In this document: positions 41,345 through 49,780 of the stretch, in pieces
How positions within the stretch are numbered: the stretch's first letter is position 1
Layout: the number at the start of each line of letters is the position of its first letter
Assembly (NCBI GenBank): GCA_049320885.1
Contig: JBMORA010000029.1
Span: forward strand, 32,001-96,000
Reading direction: 5' to 3'
Length of the DNA: 64,000 bases
Source of the DNA: Thermodesulfobacteriota bacterium
GTDB lineage: Bacteria > Desulfobacterota > Desulfobacteria > Desulfobacterales > SURF-7
Notes under the pieces: generated by a model
Told to the model about the DNA's origin: nothing
Seen by the model: only the letters and a program-made list of their open reading frames with translations
Databases searched by the model: none
Made by a program: the position numbers and the translations under genes

Positions 41345-41659
41345 CTATTCGCCGTCTTCGTCAAGGCTGTCCTCAAGGCTGCGCTGGTCTTGTCCGGCAA
41401 CCTGATCCAGGAATTCGCGGACAGCCGGAACAATATACATATCGTCCAGGGGCATGCGGCCGATGCAGGACGCCAGAATGGCGGCCTTGTCCCGCACGGG
41501 CTTGTGTTTGTCCATGATGAACCGGAGCCGTCCCTTGACCTTGCAGAGTCCGCTCTTGACTTTTATACCCGGGGTTTCACGGAGATTTTGCTCGGTGACG
41601 GCGATATCGAGTTTTTCGGAAATGCTTTTCAGTTCGTTGTAGAGTTGTTCGGGTTTCAT
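41345..41659 (-). CDS. Hypothetical protein (104 aa)
   Basis: Globular-looking ORF (KSGLCKVKG..YIVPAVREFL) that fills the gap upstream of xseA. Confidence 0.7.
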   Translation of the reverse strand: MKPEQLYNELKSISEKLDIAVTEQNLRETPGIKVKSGLCKVKGRLRFIMDKHKPVRDKAAILASCIGRMPLDDMYIVPAVREFLDQVAGQDQRSLEDSLDEDGE

Positions 41660-41897
41660 GGTATATGTTCTCGCTGTGCTGGGCTGCGGGCAATAAATCA
41701 TGTCGCGGCTCATGAATCAAGCCATTTTTCCACTGCTCCCGGTGTGATGGTTTCGCAGTCATTCGGTTGTTTTGAGCTTGAAAAATGCTTGATCTGTGTT
41801 ATCTTGCCGGTATAAACAATCGTATCCACCATAGTCCGGTTGTTTATATTTGAACGGAACTTCACATGAGAAATGCGTAAGCAAGGAGGATCGCAAG

Positions 41898-42605
41898 ATG
41901 CAACATAGCATTGGATATCAAGGTGCACAAACCCAGGTGGCCGTCAATTCGTTTATCCGATCGGTTTACAACTGGATGGCTGTGGGTCTGGCATTGACAG
42001 GCGTAGTGGCTTTCTGGGTCGCCGGCAGCGAGACCATGTTGAAGCTGATTTTCGGCAATCAACTGGTTTTTTGGGGATTGATCATCGGCGAGCTCGCCCT
42101 GGTTTTCAGTCTCAGCGCCAGGGTCCACCGGATGGAGGCTTCCACGGCAACCGGTTTGTTCCTGCTCTATTCGGCCCTGAACGGAGCCACCCTGGCTGCC
42201 ATATTGCTGGCCTATACCATGAGTTCCATTGCCACGACGTTCTTCATTTGCGCCGGCACGTTTGCGGCGTGCAGCATTTACGGCATGACCACCAAACGGG
42301 ATCTGACCGGTGTGGGGCAATTCATGTTCATGGGCCTGATTGGCATTGTCATTGCCACGGTTGTGAACCTGTTTGTGAAAAGCTCCGGAATGGAAATGAT
42401 CATCAGTTATCTGGGCGTGTTCATTTTTGTGGGACTGACCGCCTATGACACCCAGAAGCTGAAAGAGATGGCCTTGAGTCAACCGGCCGGACTCGACGCG
42501 GCCGTCATCCGCAAGGGAGCCATTCTCGGCGCCCTTTCCCTGTATCTGGATTTTATTAATATGTTTTTGTTCTTGTTGCGGATTTTCGGCTCCAGCAGGG
42601 AATAA
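41898..42605 (+). CDS. Bax inhibitor-1/YccA family membrane protein
   Basis: 7 TM; VYNWM, AYDTQ, LYLDFIN; AGGAGG RBS. Confidence 0.92.
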   Translation: MQHSIGYQGAQTQVAVNSFIRSVYNWMAVGLALTGVVAFWVAGSETMLKLIFGNQLVFWGLIIGELALVFSLSARVHRMEASTATGLFLLYSALNGATLAAILLAYTMSSIATTFFICAGTFAACSIYGMTTKRDLTGVGQFMFMGLIGIVIATVVNLFVKSSGMEMIISYLGVFIFVGLTAYDTQKLKEMALSQPAGLDAAVIRKGAILGALSLYLDFINMFLFLLRIFGSSRE

Positions 42606-42615
42606 CAAAATATGG

Positions 42616-43980
42616 TTATCCGATATGCTGCCGGATCACGTCGGCGATCCGGCGGCAGCAGGCGCTGGTCTGGGATGGCGTGGGACCTTCCACCATGACC
42701 CGGCAGATGGACTGGGTTCCGGAATAACGGACCAGCACCCTGCCCCGGCCTTTCAGTTCCTTTTCCGCCGCTGAAATCGCGGCGGCGATCTCCGGAATGG
42801 ATTCCAGGGGAGGCTTGTGTTTTACCGTCACATTCACAAGCTCCTGGGGGAATATGTCCATCACCTGTTTCAGGACCGACAGCGGCTTGCCGGTGAGAAC
42901 CATGGCTTCCATTAATTGGATGGCTGCCAGAATCCCGTCCCCCGTGGTATGATGCTGTAAAAAAATCAAATGACCGGAATCCTCTCCCCCCAGCACGGAC
43001 CCGTGCTGCCGCATGGCTTCCATGACAAAACGGTCTCCCACCTGGGCTGCGAAATGCCGGAGTCCCATTTTTTCCAACGCGGCGGTAAATCCCAGATTGC
43101 TCATAACCGTGCTGACCACCAGGTCGCTGGTCATCCTGCCGCGTTGTTGCATGGCCTGGGCGCATACGGCCAGGATCTGATCGCCGGAAACCGGCGCGCC
43201 GGTTTCATCCACCGCCACCAACCGGTCGGCATCGCCGTCAAAGGCAAGCCCGATATCCGCGCCGGTCTCCCGGACGCTTCGAATGAGCGCCTGGGGATGC
43301 TCGGAACCGCAGTTTTCATTGATATTCCGGCCGTCAGGTTCGACGGACAGGACCTTCGACACCTCCGCTCCCCATTGTTGAAAGATGACGGGGGCCACCG
43401 GTGATGCCGCTCCATTGGCGCAGTCCATGACGATTTTGAGCCTTCCACCAGCCTGTTTGTGTTCGCTGGTATTCAGGATGAAATCAATGTACTCCCCGGC
43501 TGCGTCGGGCATGGGCCGAATGCTGCCGATGCTCCGGATACCATGGGCCAAGGCGGTATGGGCGTCGGTCAGAACCAGGGATTCGATCTCCTCTTCCCAG
43601 GCCCGGGAGAGTTTATACCCCTCGTGATCGAAGAGTTTAATGCCATTATCGTGATACGGATTGTGGGATGCGGAGACAACGATCCCGGCCCTGGCGCCCC
43701 GTTTTTTCACCAGATGGGCGATCCCGGGAGTGGGCAGAACGCCGGTCAGCCATGCATTGCAGCCCATGGAAGCGATGCCGGCGGCCAGGGCGGATTCCAG
43801 CATGCCGCCGGATTCGCGTGTATCCTTGCCGATCAGAATGTCGGCCCCGCCCTGTCCCGCCGAACGCTGGGGCGCCATCAGAAACGCCACTGCCTTGCCG
43901 AGCCGCAGGGCCATTTCCGGTGTCATGGGATATTCGTTGGCGACGCCCCGCACGCCATCGGTTCCGAATAATGTTTTCAT
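42616..43980 (-). CDS. glmM: Phosphoglucosamine mutase
   Basis: FGTDGVRG, SASHNP, DGDADR, VRYSGT. Confidence 0.95.
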   Translation of the reverse strand: MKTLFGTDGVRGVANEYPMTPEMALRLGKAVAFLMAPQRSAGQGGADILIGKDTRESGGMLESALAAGIASMGCNAWLTGVLPTPGIAHLVKKRGARAGIVVSASHNPYHDNGIKLFDHEGYKLSRAWEEEIESLVLTDAHTALAHGIRSIGSIRPMPDAAGEYIDFILNTSEHKQAGGRLKIVMDCANGAASPVAPVIFQQWGAEVSKVLSVEPDGRNINENCGSEHPQALIRSVRETGADIGLAFDGDADRLVAVDETGAPVSGDQILAVCAQAMQQRGRMTSDLVVSTVMSNLGFTAALEKMGLRHFAAQVGDRFVMEAMRQHGSVLGGEDSGHLIFLQHHTTGDGILAAIQLMEAMVLTGKPLSVLKQVMDIFPQELVNVTVKHKPPLESIPEIAAAISAAEKELKGRGRVLVRYSGTQSICRVMVEGPTPSQTSACCRRIADVIRQHIG

Positions 43981-44008
43981 GGCGGTTTTCTTCCTTTGGT
44001 TTGGGATA

Positions 44009-45304
44009 TCAGGAATGCTCGATGGGTTGGGGGGAAAAGTGAAATCCGGGCAGCAACATTGCCATCCTGTCTGTCAGACGGTCGATGACGGCCTGCAACC
44101 ATTTAACCCCCATGGCGGCCTCTTCCGGCGGCAACTGCTGGATCACTTGCAGATACTGTCGTCCGTGGCACTGGATGCCCTTCCGGACGCATTCCAGAAA
44201 TGGTTCCGATGACGCCTGGTTTTCCGCATGGTCCCAGGAATTCCGCAAAATTTCCTTTAGTTCGGTCCAATTTTCAACAAAGGCGCGCTGCTGCCGGATC
44301 AGGAGGAATGAATCGCCGGGTTGATCCGATTTCCGCTCCGGTTCCTGATCCGGAATCCGGAATCCATCAAGCGCGGCGGAAACTTTGTCCCGCAGAACCT
44401 GCAATTGCTTGATGCGTTCCTCCCATCCCATTTGCAGGGTGGATACTAGTCCGTTCCATAGCTCGGCGGAAAAGGATTCGGAAATGAACAGCGAACGCAC
44501 TTGTCGATACCAGTGCATCAGCGCCGTCAGATTGGCAATATAGATCAAATTGTTGACAAGCGTGCGCTGGATGGACGGGAACCCGCCCCCGGAATAAGGT
44601 ACGGAGCCCCCCCTGCCCATTCCGCCGAAAATCAGATTCCCGGGTTTATGCTCATCCTTGCGAACAATGGTGCCGGCTGCCGAAACCGTTCCGAACGCCA
44701 ATCGGCAGGGGCCCACGACGCCCCCCTGCCCTCCCAGAAAAATAGGATCTTGATTCAGCATGACACCCCGGGGCACGTCGCCGAAGAGCGATGGAGTGGC
44801 CTTATCCTGGTTGGGGGTGAAATTGAAATGGATGAAGGAACTGCCGACCTCGCTGTGGCGTTTCGGCCCGGTTCCGCCCGCCAGGAGGCAATCACAGAAA
44901 TTGATCAGGCTTCCGAGGGTGGCGAAGGGGAACAGAATGGTCTGCTTCAAACCCACGGTGTGAGCTGCGCCGGCGTATTCCTCCAGAATCGTGCCTTCGC
45001 GCACCTGGGCCCCGGATCCCACGACGGCCTTCTCCAAAAACACCGCCTTGCGGAAATATCCGCCTTTCAGTTCCACTCCAGGCCCCAGCAGGCAATCCTC
45101 CACGGTGGCGGGGCCCTCCCCTCCCAGTTTCACCCGCTCTGAAATCAGGGTGGTTTTTCCCAACAGTTTACAGCCCGGATAGATGATCGTACCATTTCCG
45201 GAAATTCTGTCGAGATCGACGGTTTCATCCAGATAAACGGATAACGGGTTGGGGATCGAGACCCCCTTGCGTATCAGGGTTTCAATGCGTGCGGTCATTT
45301 CCAT
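44009..45304 (-). CDS. GlmU C-terminal-like left-handed beta-helix acetyltransferase, without the uridyltransferase domain
   Basis: LIRKGVSIPNPLSVYLD..TIIYPGCKLLGKT matches the start of the GlmU LbH domain; hexapeptide repeats; adjacent to glmM. Confidence 0.7.
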   Translation of the reverse strand: MEMTARIETLIRKGVSIPNPLSVYLDETVDLDRISGNGTIIYPGCKLLGKTTLISERVKLGGEGPATVEDCLLGPGVELKGGYFRKAVFLEKAVVGSGAQVREGTILEEYAGAAHTVGLKQTILFPFATLGSLINFCDCLLAGGTGPKRHSEVGSSFIHFNFTPNQDKATPSLFGDVPRGVMLNQDPIFLGGQGGVVGPCRLAFGTVSAAGTIVRKDEHKPGNLIFGGMGRGGSVPYSGGGFPSIQRTLVNNLIYIANLTALMHWYRQVRSLFISESFSAELWNGLVSTLQMGWEERIKQLQVLRDKVSAALDGFRIPDQEPERKSDQPGDSFLLIRQQRAFVENWTELKEILRNSWDHAENQASSEPFLECVRKGIQCHGRQYLQVIQQLPPEEAAMGVKWLQAVIDRLTDRMAMLLPGFHFSPQPIEHS

Positions 45305-45409
45305 ATGTACGGATTTTTCTCGCCCAATCGGATGATATTGTCAAGGAATTCTTGATCCGTCGGTTCCAGGTGCCTCCTCCGCGGAAAGGAAGGGCATCGA
45401 TGTTTTTGA

Positions 45410-45438
45410 TTGAATTTTGTGGAGTAAAAAGGTAGAAT
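45410..45438 (+). promoter_or_regulatory. Candidate sigma70 promoter of pgi
   Basis: TTGAAT-17 nt-TAGAAT. Confidence 0.45.
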
Positions 45439-45566
45439 ATCATAATTATTGGCTGTCGGAAGTTGTCACCGTCCAGGATACAGTTTCTCCTTTTCCGTAA
45501 CCGCGATATATGGATTTCCGTTGAGAAGACGGAGAGGATCACGATCAACCTCCAGTGGAGCGACAA

Positions 45567-47207
45567 ATGCCCGCACCAAAGCCGACCGACCTGCCGCAAT
45601 GGAGACAGTTGCAACGAGCGGCGGAACAGATGAACCGGCCTGAGAAACACCTGCGTCACCTGCTCGAAAACCCTGATCGCATCCGCCGTTTCGCCAAAAC
45701 CGGAGGCGGCCTGCTGTATGATTTCAGCCGCCAGCGCATGGACGACGAATGCCTGGCATTGCTGTTGGATTTGGCCAGGAGCCGGGATGCCCAGGGATTG
45801 TTTTCCGGCATGATCAGCGGGAAAAAGAGCAATGCTTCCGAAAACAGGGCCGCCCTTCACACGGCAACCCGCTGTTTTTCAGATGAACCCCTGGTGGTGG
45901 ACGGGCACAATGTCATGCCGGACATTCTGAAGGTGAAGGAGGACATCCGGCGGTTCTCCATCGAAGTACATAACGGCCGGATTCACGGCGCCGACGGCAA
46001 GCCCTTCACGGATATCGTGGTGATCGGTATCGGCGGTTCCTATTTGGGGACCGAATTCGTGGCCGCGGCCCTGAAGTTTTACGCAGACAAAGGCCTGGGT
46101 CTGCATTTTCTGTCCAATGTGGATATTCATAATTTCGGTGAAATCGTCTCTGCCATCCAACCGGAGACGACCCTCTGGATCATCATCTCGAAAAGTTATA
46201 CGACCGTCGAAACCATGGCCAACGCCAATCTGGCATACGCCTTCATGAAACAACGGGGCATCGACCCCGAGAAGCATGTGGTGACGGTCACCAGCAAAGG
46301 CAGTCCCGGAGACGATCCGTCCAACCCGGTTCTGGCTTCCTTTCATATGTTCGACTTCATCGGCGGCAGATACAGTGTCACCTCGGCCGTGGGAGGCGTT
46401 CCGCTGAGCCTTTACCTCGGGTATGAACGCTTCGAGCGCTTTCTGAAGGGCGCCGGCGAAATGGATCGCCATGCCGCCGAAGCGCCGCCCGAAGAGAACC
46501 TGCCCTTGATCGCCGCGCTGATCGGTATCTGGAACAACAATTTTTTAGGGTATCCGGCCCAGGGCATCATCCCCTATGCCTCGCCCCTTTCCAAACTGGC
46601 ACCCCATATCCAGCAGTTGTACATGGAAAGCAACGGCAAATCCGTCACCACGGACGGAGACAAAACCGGTCATGAAACCGGCGTGATCATATTCGGTGAG
46701 CCGGGTACAAACGCCCAGCATTCTTTTTTCCAGCTGGCCCATCAGGGCAGGACTTTCCCAATTGATTTCATAGGAGTTCTCACCCCCCTGTACGACGCCT
46801 ATCCATCCAGGTACAAAGGCGTGACCAATCATCAGGAGCTATGGGCCAATTTGATTTCACAACCCACCGCCCTGGCCTTGGGCAAGGAGGATGGCAATCC
46901 GTTCCGATGCTTTTCCGGCAACCGGCCTTCATCAACGATTCTGTTGACGGATCTGACCCCGGAAAACATCGGCCGCCTTCTGTCCTTTTACGAGGCCCGC
47001 ACGGTTTTTGAAGCCTTTCTGTGGAATATAAATCCCTTTGACCAATTCGGTGTGGAGCTGGGTAAAACCCTGGCGGACGGGATTCGGGAGGAAATGAAGC
47101 GCCGCAACCATGATCCGGATCACCGCTTTTCCGGCCGGGACCCCATTTCCGCTTTCTACTTGAATTCATTATTCAACGGACGGATACATCTTGACAGCCA
47201 AAAATAA
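45567..47207 (+). CDS. pgi: Glucose-6-phosphate isomerase
   Basis: GIGGSYLG, GGRYSV, QQLYMESNGK, FDQFGVELGK. Confidence 0.96.
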   Translation: MPAPKPTDLPQWRQLQRAAEQMNRPEKHLRHLLENPDRIRRFAKTGGGLLYDFSRQRMDDECLALLLDLARSRDAQGLFSGMISGKKSNASENRAALHTATRCFSDEPLVVDGHNVMPDILKVKEDIRRFSIEVHNGRIHGADGKPFTDIVVIGIGGSYLGTEFVAAALKFYADKGLGLHFLSNVDIHNFGEIVSAIQPETTLWIIISKSYTTVETMANANLAYAFMKQRGIDPEKHVVTVTSKGSPGDDPSNPVLASFHMFDFIGGRYSVTSAVGGVPLSLYLGYERFERFLKGAGEMDRHAAEAPPEENLPLIAALIGIWNNNFLGYPAQGIIPYASPLSKLAPHIQQLYMESNGKSVTTDGDKTGHETGVIIFGEPGTNAQHSFFQLAHQGRTFPIDFIGVLTPLYDAYPSRYKGVTNHQELWANLISQPTALALGKEDGNPFRCFSGNRPSSTILLTDLTPENIGRLLSFYEARTVFEAFLWNINPFDQFGVELGKTLADGIREEMKRRNHDPDHRFSGRDPISAFYLNSLFNGRIHLDSQK

Positions 47208-47219
47208 ATCACCTAAAGT
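47191..47219 (+). promoter_or_regulatory. Sigma70-type promoter for the cheY-cheC-DGC operon, overlapping the pgi 3' end
   Basis: TTGACA-17 nt-TAAAGT. Confidence 0.5.
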
Positions 47220-47294
47220 GATCCGGTCATCTTATAACTACCGGTAACCAGTGATTATTTCTTTAGCATCTATTATGAAAAAGGTGATCTTGCC

Positions 47295-47684
47295 ATGATT
47301 AATAAAATTTTGATCGTTGATGATTCTCCAGTGGCGCGCAGAATGCTTAGAACCAGTATTCCCAAAGACAAAGGCTACGAGATTTTCGAGGCTTCCAATG
47401 GTCAGGACGGAGTTGAAAAATATCAGGAATTGAAGCCCGATGTTGTCTTTATGGATCTGACAATGCCCGTGCTGGATGGTTATCAGGCAACGGCCAAAAT
47501 CCGGGAGCTGGACAAAAATGCTACCATTATTGTGACAACCGCGGACATTCAACCCAAATCCATCGCCAGTGTCATGGAACTCGGTGCGTTTACGCTGCTG
47601 AAAAAACCGGCCAAGGCGGAATCCATCAAGGAGGCCCTCAGCAAAGTCGAAATGAAGCTGAAAAAGCTCCGGGAGAACAAATGA
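47295..47684 (+). CDS. Single-domain response regulator (CheY-like)
   Basis: ILIVDD, MDLTMP, TAD, KKP. Confidence 0.9.
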   Translation: MINKILIVDDSPVARRMLRTSIPKDKGYEIFEASNGQDGVEKYQELKPDVVFMDLTMPVLDGYQATAKIRELDKNATIIVTTADIQPKSIASVMELGAFTLLKKPAKAESIKEALSKVEMKLKKLRENK

Positions 47685-48328
47685 TGACACCTGAAGTCCC
47701 TGATATTTTTTCCGATGAAGAAAAGGATATCTTGCAGGAAATCATGAATATCGCTTTTGGCAACGCCACGGCCGACCTGGCCGATGTGGTCGATATTTAT
47801 GTCAAACTAAGTGTGCCCAGTGTTCAGGTAATCGGTATCGGGGCCCTTCCCGATTATTTGAAAACCACCATTAAAACCGACGGCACCAGCAACATCATCG
47901 AACAGAAATTCTGGGGCAATTTCAAAGGATCCGGTCTCCTGGTGTTTCCCGGCGGAACGGAACGGGATCTCATGGCCATCCTGGAGGATCAGGACCGGGA
48001 AGAGGTGACCACCACCCAGATGGCCACCCTGGAAAAAGGCGGCTTGCTGGAAATCGGTAATATCCTGATCGGCGCCTGTGTGGGCAAGGTATCCGAACTG
48101 CTGGATACCTTCGTCACCTATTCCCCACCACAGGTTCTTCAGGGAGACACCCACGACTGCAATTTCCTGGTGGAGCAGTTCGATCCGACGCAGACGGCCA
48201 TCGTCATGAAAACCCTTTTTACCTTCAGGGAGAAGGACATCAGCGGCTTTCTATTGATTCTGACCAATCACGAATCCATCGGTTGGCTGCGCAAGGCATT
48301 GAAAAATTTTATGGATTCCTACGAATGA
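47681..48328 (+). CDS. cheC: CheC-family aspartyl-phosphate phosphatase
   Basis: Two ExxN motifs: EIMNIAFG and EIGNILIG. Confidence 0.82.
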   Translation: MMTPEVPDIFSDEEKDILQEIMNIAFGNATADLADVVDIYVKLSVPSVQVIGIGALPDYLKTTIKTDGTSNIIEQKFWGNFKGSGLLVFPGGTERDLMAILEDQDREEVTTTQMATLEKGGLLEIGNILIGACVGKVSELLDTFVTYSPPQVLQGDTHDCNFLVEQFDPTQTAIVMKTLFTFREKDISGFLLILTNHESIGWLRKALKNFMDSYE

Positions 48329-49230
48329 TCGTTTCCCAAATTTTCGATATGCTGGATGCGGGGATTGTCGTCCTCGACCGGGATTTGAATGTCTTCAAAT
48401 GGAATCGGTGGATGTCGACCCACAGCAAAATTTCCGCCGATCAAATCGTTGGCAAACCGCTTTTCGACTTTTATCCGGAACTCAAAAGCTCCTGGTTCCT
48501 GCGCAACTGTAAATCCGTTTTCACTTTCGGGAATTTCGCCTTTATTTCGCAGAAACTTCACAAATACTGCTTCCCGTTTAAATCCTACTACAACACCCTG
48601 GGATACCGCTTCGATTACATGCAGCAAAGCTGCACCGTCGGTCCATTGCGCGCTGCGAACAATGAAATCCAGTATATTTACATCACGGTCCAGGATGTGA
48701 CCGAAATAGTGGCCTACGAGCAAAAGCTCATTGAAATGAACATCAAGGACGGACTGACCGGCGTCTACAACCGCCGGTTTTTCGAACCGCGGCTGGCGGA
48801 AGAATTTCAGCGGCATCGACGCTACAACCGCTCCTTGAGTCTGATCATGATGGATATCGACCACTTCAAGCAGATCAATGACAATTACGGTCATCAGGCC
48901 GGGGATCACATCCTGAGATCCCTGACAGCCCTGGTGGAGAAAATCATCCGGAACGTCGATATCTTCGCGCGCTACGGCGGGGAGGAATTCTGCTGCCTCC
49001 TGCCGGAAACCAGCGTTGAATCGGCAAAAGTGGTGGCGGAAAACATCCGTAAAAAAGTGGAGAACGAAGGCTTTCTATTCAAGGACACGGAAATCAAGCT
49101 GACGGTCAGCCAGGGACTGGCATTCCTCCATAAAGATACGGAAAACGCCGAATCCCTGCTGAAAAAAGCCGATGATGCCCTCTATGAAGCCAAGAAAACC
49201 GGCCGGAACAAGGTCGTTACCGCCAGATAA
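48325..49230 (+). CDS. PAS-GGDEF diguanylate cyclase
   Basis: PAS-like N-terminus, DGLTGVYNRR, I-site RNVD, GGEEF; ATGA overlap with cheC. Confidence 0.92.
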   Translation: MIVSQIFDMLDAGIVVLDRDLNVFKWNRWMSTHSKISADQIVGKPLFDFYPELKSSWFLRNCKSVFTFGNFAFISQKLHKYCFPFKSYYNTLGYRFDYMQQSCTVGPLRAANNEIQYIYITVQDVTEIVAYEQKLIEMNIKDGLTGVYNRRFFEPRLAEEFQRHRRYNRSLSLIMMDIDHFKQINDNYGHQAGDHILRSLTALVEKIIRNVDIFARYGGEEFCCLLPETSVESAKVVAENIRKKVENEGFLFKDTEIKLTVSQGLAFLHKDTENAESLLKKADDALYEAKKTGRNKVVTAR

Positions 49231-49294
49231 GACCTCGCCGCTTCACTTCCAACAATCGCGGCGATGCCCCGTCATTCGCCCCCTTTCGCATCCG

Positions 49295-49759
49295 TCACCA
49301 TTTTTCAGAGCAGGCCTCGATGGTGAAATTGCCGTGGGTAGTGCCATAGGGCAGCGCCACCACGGGCCGGCCGGTCAGGTGGGTTATGGGGTGGGACGGC
49401 CCCATTTGCACGGATGACATTTTTGCCTTCAGTTTTTTTCCCGACTCAGCCAGCTTGATGGTCGCCTGACCGGAAATCATGTTGGCAATCTCTCCCACCG
49501 CATCCTTGATTTCATCGTTCAGATGTTTCATTTCCTCCCCGAACATGGCGGATACGATATGCAGGATAAGACTTTCAGAAAAACTGACGGCGATGCTCCC
49601 CTTGAAGTCCCCGCTGACGTCGATCAGGCCGCTGATGGCCCCGGGGGCGGTTTGATCCTGCTTGAGATAGGGCTTTTTTGCCTTGGCGGTTGTGCCTGCG
49701 GTGGTTTCAAGGATATGCAGGGTCGCTTCGATGAATTTGTTGACGCAATCGGCATCCAT
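49295..49759 (-). CDS. cheX: CheX phosphatase
   Basis: NKFIEAT, ISGLIDVSG, DAVGEIANMISG. Confidence 0.85.
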   Translation of the reverse strand: MDADCVNKFIEATLHILETTAGTTAKAKKPYLKQDQTAPGAISGLIDVSGDFKGSIAVSFSESLILHIVSAMFGEEMKHLNDEIKDAVGEIANMISGQATIKLAESGKKLKAKMSSVQMGPSHPITHLTGRPVVALPYGTTHGNFTIEACSEKW

Positions 49760-49780
49760 GGTCGTGTGTTTTTTCCTGTT

